A stretch of 58,978 bases of DNA, filler included, from Ferroacidibacillus organovorans (GTDB lineage Bacteria; Bacillota; Bacilli; Alicyclobacillales; SLC66): assembly GCF_001642725.1 (NCBI RefSeq). It is 7 parts of 7 records of this genome, joined end to end, with 100 filler letters (N's around TTAATTAATTAA, not from the genome) between each part and the next. Parts side by side here need not be neighbours in the genome. Positions count along the whole stretch, not along the records: positions 8,869 to 17,613 come from NZ_LSUQ01000083.1; 6 more parts are not named here. One strand, written 5' to 3'. The notes below the pieces were generated by a model, which saw only the letters and a list, made by a program, of their open reading frames with translations, was not told the DNA's origin and ran no database searches. Of the stretch, positions 9,928 to 17,713 are shown piece after piece. How positions within the stretch are numbered: position 1 is the first letter of the stretch; every line of letters begins with the position of its first letter. Made by a program: the position numbers and the translations under genes.

Positions 9928-10763
9928 ATTCGATTGCATGATGCGTCCAACTGATATCTGACCCTCCAGGCGCAGGAGGGGTATTCGCCCTATACAGTAA
10001 AGGCGTACCGGGTGCAGCATCACCAGTTGATAAAAGACATCGGGGACACGATCACGTCGGAACAACTGCGGGAACATCTGCAGCAGCACATGCATTTGAA
10101 AGCGAGCAGTCTCGGGTATAATGTACGGGCCATCATGAGTTTGTTCAATTCAAGTGGTTGGTGGAAGAGGATCTCCTCGTGCGCAATCCGACCATGAAGT
10201 TGAAGGAACCGAAGCTTGGAAAACGTGTGCCAAAGGCACTCACCATCGATGAACTAGAAATGTTGCGGGATTCTTGCACCAGTGTCTTGGAGCATGCGCT
10301 CGTGGAATTTTTCTTCGCCACGGGATGTCGGGTGGGGGATATTCACAAACTCGACCGCAGTGCAATTGATTGGCAGCGTGGCTGTGTGAATGTGATAGGG
10401 AAAGGAAACAAAGAACGAGAGGTGTACTTCGGCTCGAAGGCCCGCATATGGCTTCAACGGTATTTGAATCATCGTGGTGATAAGGATGCGGCGCTGTTTG
10501 TAACCGAGAGGAAACCGCACCGGATATCGATTCATCAGATTGAGTATATTTTCAATCGGATCGCGAATCGATCCGACTTGCAAACCAAGATCAGCCCCCA
10601 CAAGATTCGCCATACCCTCGCAACCGTATTGCTCAATCAGGGCGCACCCCTCGTTGCCGTGCAGTCTATTTTGGGCCATGAGAAACCGGAGACCACGCAG
10701 TTGTACGCATCCCTCAGTGGCACCGTACGCCAACAAGCATATCAGCGATATTTCGTGCAGTGA
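9928..10763 (+). pseudogene. Tyrosine recombinase / integrase (XerD-like fold), disrupted in the N-terminal domain
   Basis: Catalytic residues intact: TGCR, GKGNKER, HKIRH, LGH, TTQLY. The N-terminal part (QEGYSPYTVKAY...) has ATT after the RBS, TGA at 9952-9954 and a TTCAA duplication at 10144-10153. Confidence 0.88.
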
Positions 10764-10770
10764 TGAATGT

Positions 10771-10799
10771 CTGCAAAACCATTCGTCGCCGTGTATACT
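10771..10799 (+). promoter_or_regulatory. Putative sigma-A promoter pointing into the gene array
   Basis: CTGCAA-N17-TATACT directly after the integrase stop. Confidence 0.4.
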
Positions 10800-10831
10800 G
10801 AGGGAAACGATGCTAGGAGAGCGCGGGAAAA

Positions 10832-10935
10832 CTGGCATTGAGCGATCCGCACACGGGGACTTTTATGCAGATATATTGCATGATCATGCGAACCGAGCGA
10901 GTCGGCTTACGCCGATTTCGGGCAGTTTAGTGCAG
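10832..10935. repeat. Array hairpin site 1 (integrase-proximal)
   Basis: GCATTGAGC/GTTTAGTGC outer arms; centred core TGCATGATCATGCG at 10877-10890. Confidence 0.65.
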
Positions 10936-11025
10936 CACGGACAACGAAAATTTGGAGCGCAAACAGGATATATAAATAAAACGACGAATTCAATTAATGG
11001 AATACGCAATGTCAGGAGGGTTTAT

Positions 11026-11136
11026 GTGCAAGTACCTTCGATTTTTGATGCGGTTGTTATCCTAGGGGGAAGTCTGCCCTTATTCGGGTATTCAATTGCA
11101 TACAAAGATCAGGGAATCGTACAGCGTTCTGACTAG
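11026..11136 (+). CDS. 36-aa small ORF (leader peptide or truncated gene)
   Basis: AGGAGG RBS and GTG start; MQVPSIFDAVVILGGSLPLFGYSIAYKDQGIVQRSD. Confidence 0.4.
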   Translation: MQVPSIFDAVVILGGSLPLFGYSIAYKDQGIVQRSD

Positions 11137-11170
11137 CTACGCCAGTTAAGGCGTGTTGAAATCGGAATAC

Positions 11171-11203
11171 AAAGCACCTGATCACGTGGTCAGGTGCTTT
11201 TTT
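11171..11203 (+). terminator. Intrinsic terminator / attenuator 34 nt before the MFS start
   Basis: AAAGCACCTGAT-loop-GTCAGGTGCTTT followed by a T-run. Confidence 0.75.
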
Positions 11204-11236
11204 GCGTTGAAAAATGACCGAAGGGAAGATCATTCA

Positions 11237-12478
11237 ATGAAATTCAATACAACAATCTTGAAAAACAGAAACTTCTTATCTTACTGGAGCGGTGGACTAA
11301 TTTCAGAACTTGGAGATGCCATGTTTTTGCTGGCACTCAATTGGATGGTGGTTGAGAAAACAGGTTCGGGATTAATTTTAGGAACCATCATGGCGTGTAT
11401 TTCACTGCCTCAAATTTTACTCGTCACGATTGGTGGTGTGGTTGCAGATCGCTTGAATCCGAAATGGGTCATGATTGCATCGGATGCTGTACGCGGACTG
11501 ATAATGGCTTTTCTGCTGGTGATGAGCTTTCGCGGTGTGGTGCCGATTTGGACGTTGTTTGTGATGGCAATTGTGTATGGCTGCATGGATGCGGCATTTT
11601 TCCCTGCACAATCGGCATTTCAACAAAGACTTGTTTCTTCAGAGCAATACACGCAGTCCTTCGGACTCTTGATGATTGGTTTTCAGGCGGCAGCGATTGC
11701 AGGACCTGTTATTGGCGGTGCGTTGATTTCCAAATGGAGTTATCGACTTGTCATTGCAGCCAACGGACTTTCATTTATTTGTTCGATTCTGCTTCTGCTC
11801 TTGGTTAAACCGATTCCCATCGATTCCGATGACGAAGAAAAAGACAAATTATCATTTTCATCCGACATCCAAGTCGGAATTCGATATGTACTGAAGAATC
11901 ATCTGATCTTAACGACATCCTTAAGTGCGTTCTTGGTCAATGCGTGCGTGCAAGCCACATTCATTGCAATGCCGTTCTTGGCAAAACAAGCTCACCTGGG
12001 TGCACAAGGATTTGGCTTGATGAATATGGGCATTGGAATCGGTGGTGCTCTCGCAGCTCTCTTTTTTGCTTTCATACGGATTCAAAAGCCAACACCAAAA
12101 ATGACCTTGCTTGCTTGTTTCGTCGAAGGGTTTGCGTTTCTTGGACTCGTCGTTGCAAGGGACCTATGGTTGCTTATTGGTACGATGCTCGTCATTGGCA
12201 TTATGGAAGCTGTCGTGAACACAATTGCTCCAAGTGTAAATCAAAAAATCATTCCGCCACAACTGATTGGGCGAGTCATTAGTTTTATGATTGTTTTAAT
12301 GTCGGGATCGGAACCGCTGGCACGTGCATTTTCAGGATGGATGATTCAATGGTCAGGAGTAACGGTTTTGTTAATTTGTACGGGCATTCTTGAAATTGTC
12401 GTAGCTGTGATCGGCTATTTCATGCCTGTTGTCCGAAATTATGGCTTGGAACAGCCCCCGATCGAATCCTATGATTGA
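11237..12478 (+). CDS. MFS transporter, DHA3 / Mef-like efflux type
   Basis: About 12 TM segments; LKNRNF...SELGD, GGVVADRLNPKWVMIASD and GRV motifs. Start reassigned to MKFNTT. Confidence 0.88.
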   Translation: MKFNTTILKNRNFLSYWSGGLISELGDAMFLLALNWMVVEKTGSGLILGTIMACISLPQILLVTIGGVVADRLNPKWVMIASDAVRGLIMAFLLVMSFRGVVPIWTLFVMAIVYGCMDAAFFPAQSAFQQRLVSSEQYTQSFGLLMIGFQAAAIAGPVIGGALISKWSYRLVIAANGLSFICSILLLLLVKPIPIDSDDEEKDKLSFSSDIQVGIRYVLKNHLILTTSLSAFLVNACVQATFIAMPFLAKQAHLGAQGFGLMNMGIGIGGALAALFFAFIRIQKPTPKMTLLACFVEGFAFLGLVVARDLWLLIGTMLVIGIMEAVVNTIAPSVNQKIIPPQLIGRVISFMIVLMSGSEPLARAFSGWMIQWSGVTVLLICTGILEIVVAVIGYFMPVVRNYGLEQPPIESYD

Positions 12479-12496
12479 TGAAAATCACAGCACAGG

Positions 12497-12522
12497 GGAC
12501 ATCCTTTGGGGTGTCCTGTTTT
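12497..12522 (+). terminator. Intrinsic terminator of the MFS gene
   Basis: GGACATCC-TTTG-GGGTGTCC-TGTTTT. Confidence 0.7.
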
Positions 12523-12562
12523 ACTTTCTATGGTTTATATCCTCAAATGTCGAGTAGCAAAT

Positions 12563-12670
12563 CTATTGCAGTATGGTGCGAAACTGCAGTAGCCGTCTCC
12601 GGTTGACGGGTGTATGATTATACAGGCACGCATGGAGACGCTTACTGCCGTTTCGAGCAATGTTCAATAG
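12563..12670. repeat. Array hairpin site 2
   Basis: CTATTG..CGAAAC.GCAGTA..CGTCTCC / GGAGACG..TACTGC.GTTTCG..CAATAG arms; core TGTATGATTATACA at 12611-12624. Confidence 0.85.
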
Positions 12671-12721
12671 TGATTCACTGAACGTAATCGGTATATTTAG
12701 TTGAATTCGGAGGGGAAATGA

Positions 12722-13468
12722 ATGTCTACAAAGGTAGCTATAATTACAGACATCCATGGCAACAGCCCCGCATTACAGGCTGTGTTGAAGGACATCGACA
12801 GTCAGTCTGACATTGAGCACATCTACTGCTTGGGAGATATGGTGGCAATCGGACCTGACACTGATGAGGTCTTGGTTGCATTGTTCGAGCGAGAAGATGT
12901 ATCCATGATCACCGGAAACCATGAAGATGCGGTGTTGGCAATTTTTCGAGGTCAAGAACCAGCGTCCCGTGACGAGGAGCGAGCACACCACGAGTGGATT
13001 GTCGAGAACACCGATGAAGCCTTACTTCGAAGCCTGTTGGACTTGCCCCGTTCATTAAGAATTGAACACGAAGAGAAGAGCCTGTTATTGGTCCACTACC
13101 ACTTAGATGCCGCTGACAACTTCCTGCCAATTGACCGAGACCCTTCAGCGGATGAGCTGGATACAATCTACAATGGAGACAAGGCTGACATAGTGTGCTT
13201 TGGACATCATCATCCCGTTCACTTCTTCAAGTCTGCCACAAGAACATATCTGAATCCTGGCTCATTAGGGTGTTGTGACCGCCCTGTAGCTCGATACGCC
13301 ATTCTGGACATCGACTCGCAGGATATTGCAGTTGAAATGAAAGAAATCCCATACGATAATCGCCAGTTTCTTTTGTCGTATGAGCAATTAGGGGTACCTG
13401 CAAGGGATTTCCTGCTCATGGCGTTCCACGGCAATCAGCACATGGGTATCCATGAAGAAGAGTCATAA
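12722..13468 (+). CDS. Metallophosphoesterase (calcineurin-like, YfcE family)
   Basis: DIHGN, LGD, GNHE, GHHH and NPGS motifs. Confidence 0.92.
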   Translation: MSTKVAIITDIHGNSPALQAVLKDIDSQSDIEHIYCLGDMVAIGPDTDEVLVALFEREDVSMITGNHEDAVLAIFRGQEPASRDEERAHHEWIVENTDEALLRSLLDLPRSLRIEHEEKSLLLVHYHLDAADNFLPIDRDPSADELDTIYNGDKADIVCFGHHHPVHFFKSATRTYLNPGSLGCCDRPVARYAILDIDSQDIAVEMKEIPYDNRQFLLSYEQLGVPARDFLLMAFHGNQHMGIHEEES

Positions 13469-13551
13469 TGCTTGGGTCGCCTCTTTGTGTATGAACATGC
13501 ATGTGTGTTGAGGAAGTCCTTATGGCGATCTTGGGCAGGAAAGTTGAAGAA
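13435..13551. repeat. Array hairpin site 3 (left arm overlaps the upstream gene end)
   Basis: GTCATAA/TTATGGC and CCTC/GAGG arms; core TGTATGAACATGCA at 13488-13501. Right end CTTATGGCGATCTTGGGCAG resembles site 1. Confidence 0.72.
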
Positions 13552-13578
13552 CGAATCAAATTAAATCGGGTGATGAAA

Positions 13579-14073
13579 ATGGGCATTAGCAGCAAGATAG
13601 AAGTGGCTCCGCCATTGACTCAAGATGATCAGGAATGGCTCAGGACCTTGTGGCTGAGTGAGTGGGGCGGAGAAACAATGGTATCCAAAGGTAAAACCCA
13701 TTACTTTCAGGATTTAGACGCCGTGATTGCTTGGGCTGATGATGTTCGAGTTGGGGCGGCAACCTATAATCTTGAGAATGATGGATGCGAACTGATGAGT
13801 ATAAATGCCATAGTGGAAGGTTTAGGCGCAGGGAGTGCCCTGATTTCGGCAGTCGAACAAGCGGTACATAAGGTTGGAGTAGGTCGCATTTGGCTTATCA
13901 CTTCGAATGATAACTTGGATGCATTGAGATTTTATCAACGACGTGGATACCGAATAACTGCCGTATATCCCGACGCAATTGACGAGGCAAGGAAGCTCAA
14001 ACCGACGATTCCACAAATCGGGTATTACGAAATCCCAATTCACGATGAGGTTGAACTTGAAAAATTTCTTTAA
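13579..14073 (+). CDS. GNAT family N-acetyltransferase
   Basis: GLGAGSALI and NDNLDALRFYQRRGY motifs. Start placed downstream of hairpin site 3. Confidence 0.9.
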   Translation: MGISSKIEVAPPLTQDDQEWLRTLWLSEWGGETMVSKGKTHYFQDLDAVIAWADDVRVGAATYNLENDGCELMSINAIVEGLGAGSALISAVEQAVHKVGVGRIWLITSNDNLDALRFYQRRGYRITAVYPDAIDEARKLKPTIPQIGYYEIPIHDEVELEKFL

Positions 14074-14075
14074 GT

Positions 14076-14189
14076 CTTCTTCAGGTAACGGGTGCACATC
14101 TGCAATAGCGGTGTGTCTCGGCTTGTGTATGAATATACAGAACCTATGCGTGACACCTTGCGGCAGATAAGAGCAGTAAGGATACAGAA
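14076..14189. repeat. Array hairpin site 4
   Basis: TTCT/AGAA, ATCTGC/GCAGAT and GGTGT/ACACC arms; core TGTATGAATATACA at 14126-14139. Confidence 0.8.
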
Positions 14190-14217
14190 TATTACAAACG
14201 AATGGAGAGTGGTTTAA

Positions 14218-14688
14218 ATGCTAGCTACTGAGCTTGCTATAATTAATTTTCGAGAGGTTCGTCGCAGAAGCATAATTGTATGGAGGAGTGTTCCTTCAGA
14301 TTTCCTAAAATGGAAGCCTGACGACTCAGCTCTAACAATTGGTGAAGTCATCCGTCATGCATGGTCTACTCAGAAATATTACTACGAGTCGATTAAACTA
14401 GGACAATCTGCGCCAGTAACACATGACGAGTTCGATGACATTCCAGTAACGAGTATCGAAGAGGAAATTTCACTGTCAGTACCATACTTCGAGGATTTCC
14501 TAAACTACGTCCGGCAATTACCAAATAACGAATTGGAAAGTCGAATGATTGACCGTTCGGACGTTGGATATATACGACCATTAGGAGATTTTCTTTGTCG
14601 AATTGCGTACCACGAGTCCATTCACACTGGTCAGTTACTTCAATACCTTCGGTCTGCTGGTCTAGACCGTCCAGATATTTGGGACTAG
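14218..14688 (+). CDS. DinB/YfiT family protein
   Basis: WKP...TIGEVIRH and YHESIHTGQLLQYLR His motifs. Confidence 0.9.
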   Translation: MLATELAIINFREVRRRSIIVWRSVPSDFLKWKPDDSALTIGEVIRHAWSTQKYYYESIKLGQSAPVTHDEFDDIPVTSIEEEISLSVPYFEDFLNYVRQLPNNELESRMIDRSDVGYIRPLGDFLCRIAYHESIHTGQLLQYLRSAGLDRPDIWD

Positions 14689-14918
14689 ACAGCTTCCCGC
14701 ATTTTATCAGTTTCACTTGTGTCATTACGGTTGCAATAAGGCTGTTCACGTGGCTAGAAAAAAGGGAGGAGTCTATTGGATATCAAAATGTGAATTCTGG
14801 GAATCAAGATTTATCGATGGCTGACGATGTAGTTGACTCTATAGCTGATATCCCCATGGATTTTCTTGATTTACTGTGACCCTTAGCCCGAGTTGTTGTA
14901 TGGAAGGAGGAACGCCTT

Positions 14919-15559
14919 TTGATTGTAGCTTTTTGGGATTTGGATGGAACTATTCAAGACAGCGAGCCATTAGCAAGAGAAGGAACTTGTTACGGATTTC
15001 AACAGATACTTGGTAGAGAACCAACAGAACAAGAATTTGCTCAACTTATCGGGCGTCCTGTACCCATTGTTTACAAAGAATGGTTCGATGATGAGTTAGC
15101 ATTAAAAATTCTTGATACAGGAACACGTTTTTACCAAGAACACTCGATCAAATTCGTTGTTACCCTGGAATTCCAGATTTGCTCACTCTGATGAAACTGA
15201 GAGGTCATAAAATGGGAATTGTTTCGTCAAAGTGGCGATTCCATGTGATTAGTGAGCTGCAATCAAAGAAGCTGGATATGTTCTTTGACGTTGTCGTAGC
15301 CCAAGAGGACACATCACGACACAAGCCATACCCTGATCCACTTCTTCTTGCAGCGCGCAAATTGCAAGGAAATCCAGCAGATTGCGTATACATTGGCGAT
15401 CAACCATCAGACGTTCAGTCAGCAAGAGCAGCAGGTATGATCAACATCGCTGCACTGTGGGGAGACGGGAAGTTTGAACGTATACAAACAGCGTCTCCAA
15501 ATATCATGGTTCAAAATCCAGTGGAGGTTCTCAATTTCGTATCACAACTAAAGAGATAG
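14919..15559 (+). pseudogene. HAD-family phosphatase (PpaX/Gph-like), frameshifted
   Basis: DLDGT in the first ORF; KPYPDP and GDQPSD in the second. A one-base loss near 15143 joins them (..EH|LDQIRCYPGIPDLL..). Confidence 0.82.
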
Positions 15560-15621
15560 ATTTAACTGAGTTGCCATTGAATTAAAGATAAATGTAATAA
15601 ACTTACCATAGGGAGAGCCCG

Positions 15622-16278
15622 ATGATGGCAATTTACTCGACAATTTTATTTGATTTGGATGGAACGCTTACAGATCCTAAGGAGGGAATCACCAAATCAG
15701 CCCAATATGCCTTGTCTAGACTTGGGATCGATGAACCTGACCTCGAAGAGCTTACATCGTTTATCGGACCGCCTTTGCATGTCAGTTTTGAACAGTTCTA
15801 TGGTCTCGGTCCCTCAGAAGTAGAACGAGCCGTGATGTATTATCGACAAAATTATAAGGAAAGCGGGATATATGAGAACGTAATTTATGACGGAATTCCA
15901 GAGTTACTTAAGTTTTTAAAGGATAAATCTAAGCAGTTAGTTATAGCCACTTCAAAGCTTACTGTATTTGCGGAGCAGATACTCGTTCATTTTGAAATTG
16001 ATCAGTACTTCGACCATGTTGTTGGAAGTAATCTTGATGGGTCTCGGTCTAACAAGGCGGAGATAGTTGAGCATGCTATAAGAAAATTCAACGGTTCTCC
16101 GAAGTCTGATTTCATTATGGTCGGAGACCGTAAACATGACATTGTTGGGGCAAATGCGAATGGCATTGATTCAATTGGTGTTAAGTATGGGTATGGTTCA
16201 CAGGAAGAGCTTGTTCAGGCAAACGCAACCCATTTGGTAGATACTGTCGATGAACTATTTAATCTCCTGTCGCCGTGA
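15622..16278 (+). CDS. HAD-family hydrolase (phosphoglycolate phosphatase / 5'-nucleotidase-like)
   Basis: FDLDGTLTD, ATSK and GDRKHD motifs. Confidence 0.92.
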   Translation: MMAIYSTILFDLDGTLTDPKEGITKSAQYALSRLGIDEPDLEELTSFIGPPLHVSFEQFYGLGPSEVERAVMYYRQNYKESGIYENVIYDGIPELLKFLKDKSKQLVIATSKLTVFAEQILVHFEIDQYFDHVVGSNLDGSRSNKAEIVEHAIRKFNGSPKSDFIMVGDRKHDIVGANANGIDSIGVKYGYGSQEELVQANATHLVDTVDELFNLLSP

Positions 16279-16280
16279 GA

Positions 16281-16399
16281 TTCTTATACAGGTAACGGGC
16301 GCGAAAATCTCAGAAGGCCATAGGTTTGCAGTTGCATGAAGATGCGTTGTGGACCTCTTGGTTGAGGAAAAATGAAGGCAAACATTTAGTGTTCAAGAA
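16281..16399. repeat. Array hairpin site 5
   Basis: TTCTTATACA/TGTTCAAGAA and AGGTTTGCAG/TTGTGGACCT arms; core TGCATGAAGATGCG at 16333-16346. CAGGTAACGGG is shared with site 4. Confidence 0.8.
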
Positions 16400-16412
16400 T
16401 GTAAAAAAATAC

Positions 16413-16443
16413 TTGATCCTGACGCAATGTCAGGTTGTAGGAT
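16413..16443 (+). promoter_or_regulatory. MerR-type autoregulated promoter
   Basis: TTGATC-N19-TAGGAT with dyad CCTGAC-GCAAT-GTCAGG in the long spacer. Confidence 0.85.
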
Positions 16444-16481
16444 GAATTTGCCGGCAATATCAATGTGCACGAAATGAGGGG

Positions 16482-17234
16482 ATGATGGCGGAAAAAGAAC
16501 GATGGAAAGTGGGGGAATTGGCGAAGCTGACGGGCATTACGATTCGGGCGCTGCACCATTACGACCAGATCGGGTTGCTTGTTCCTTTTTTGCACTCTGG
16601 CGCTGGTCACAGACTGTATTCGGGAAAGGACATCGCTCGTCTGCAACAAATCATCTCCCTAAAGCAGTTGGGTTTTTCACTGGACGAAATCGGGGCTTTG
16701 CTCGATAACCCCAGTTTTCGTCCGGACAAAGCAATTCGAATGCAGTTGGATCGATTGGTTCAACAAATCCGAATTCAGGAAGACTTGCGGAGCCGACTGG
16801 AGCGTCTATATGAGTTGGTTCAAGCTCAACGAGAACTGACTGGAGAGGAATGGATCAAAATCATCGAGGTGATGAAAATGACGGAGAAGTATTTTACTCC
16901 AGAGCAGATGGAGAAACTCAAGAAACAAGGGGAACTTCTGGGAACCGAGAAAATCAAAGAGGTTGAGAACGAATGGCCAAGCCTGATTGCCAACGTACGC
17001 GTAGAACTGAAAAAGGGGACGCCTCCTGATAGTCCTGAGGTACAACTGTTGGCCAAGCGGTGGAAAGAACTCGTCAACCTCTTTACAGGCGGTGATTCTA
17101 GCATTACGCGATCCGCTGAACAATATTACGCGGAGAACCCGGACCGAGCAGCGGAATTCGGCATGGATAAGGAGTTGTGGCAGTACATCTCGAAGGCCAT
17201 GGCCACCAGTTTAGTGACTGATGACCCCAAGTAA
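16482..17234 (+). CDS. MerR-family regulator with TipAS-like C-terminal domain (Mta/TipA/SkgA type)
   Basis: [43 protein letters not shown] in the C-terminal domain. Confidence 0.9.
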   Translation: MMAEKERWKVGELAKLTGITIRALHHYDQIGLLVPFLHSGAGHRLYSGKDIARLQQIISLKQLGFSLDEIGALLDNPSFRPDKAIRMQLDRLVQQIRIQEDLRSRLERLYELVQAQRELTGEEWIKIIEVMKMTEKYFTPEQMEKLKKQGELLGTEKIKEVENEWPSLIANVRVELKKGTPPDSPEVQLLAKRWKELVNLFTGGDSSITRSAEQYYAENPDRAAEFGMDKELWQYISKAMATSLVTDDPK

Positions 17235-17256
17235 GATGTAGGATAATTCTACAACA

Positions 17257-17298
17257 GGCCCTTGGTTCTTCACTTCCCAGAACCAGGGGCTCCTTTTT
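17257..17298 (+). terminator. Intrinsic terminator after the MerR gene
   Basis: GGCCCTTGGTTCT...AGAACCAGGGGCT followed by CCTTTTT. Confidence 0.75.
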
Positions 17299-17380
17299 AT
17301 GCTGTTTCCCACATATCAAATACTTTCCGCCACCTGGGTGTATACTAACGGTAAATCCATCCAGAGAGGATGATTCACCC

Positions 17381-17613
17381 GTGAACTCCAACAACGGCGG
17401 CCATAAATTCACCAACCGCCTCATCCACGAGAAATCCCCATACCTGCTTCAGCACGCCCATAACCCGGTCGACTGGTACCCTTGGTGCGACGAGGCGTTC
17501 CGCATCGCTCGCAGGTTCAATCGTCCCATTCTTTTGTCCATCGGCTACTCGTAGCCCTGCGGGGCTACGAGTGGCAATATACGGTAATGGAGTAATATAT
17601 GGACCTGTCACTG
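17381..17613 (+). CDS. yyaL: YyaL / DUF255 thioredoxin-domain protein, 5' part, interrupted by a 51-nt coding gap (17552-17602) and cut by the contig end
   Basis: Missing from the ORF track. GTG start gives [57 protein letters not shown], then TAG. ACC TGT CAC TG (TCHW) resumes in frame at 17603. Confidence 0.88.
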
Positions 17614-17713
17614 NNNNNNNNNNNNNNNNNNNNNNNNNNNNNNNNNNNNNNNNNNNNTTAATTAATTAANNNNNNNNNNNNNNNNNNNNNNNNNNNNNNN
17701 NNNNNNNNNNNNN
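17614..17713. other. Artificial contig spacer
   Basis: N-TTAATTAATTAA-N. Confidence 0.99.

Noticed and set aside
14689..14760. Weak inverted repeat ACAGCTT/AGGCTGT after the DinB gene as another array site
   Set aside because: No TGYAT-N4-ATRCR apex and no shared end motifs.
10832..16399. Array hairpins as CRISPR repeats, plain terminators or classical attC sites
   Set aside because: They are separated by whole genes, lack U-tracts (site 2 follows a separate true terminator), and lack RYYYAAC/GTTRRRY ends.
17552..17602. Selenocysteine/pyrrolysine or simple stop read-through in yyaL
   Set aside because: The stop is UAG, not UGA, a second in-frame TAA follows, and read-through would insert 17 residues into the conserved motif.
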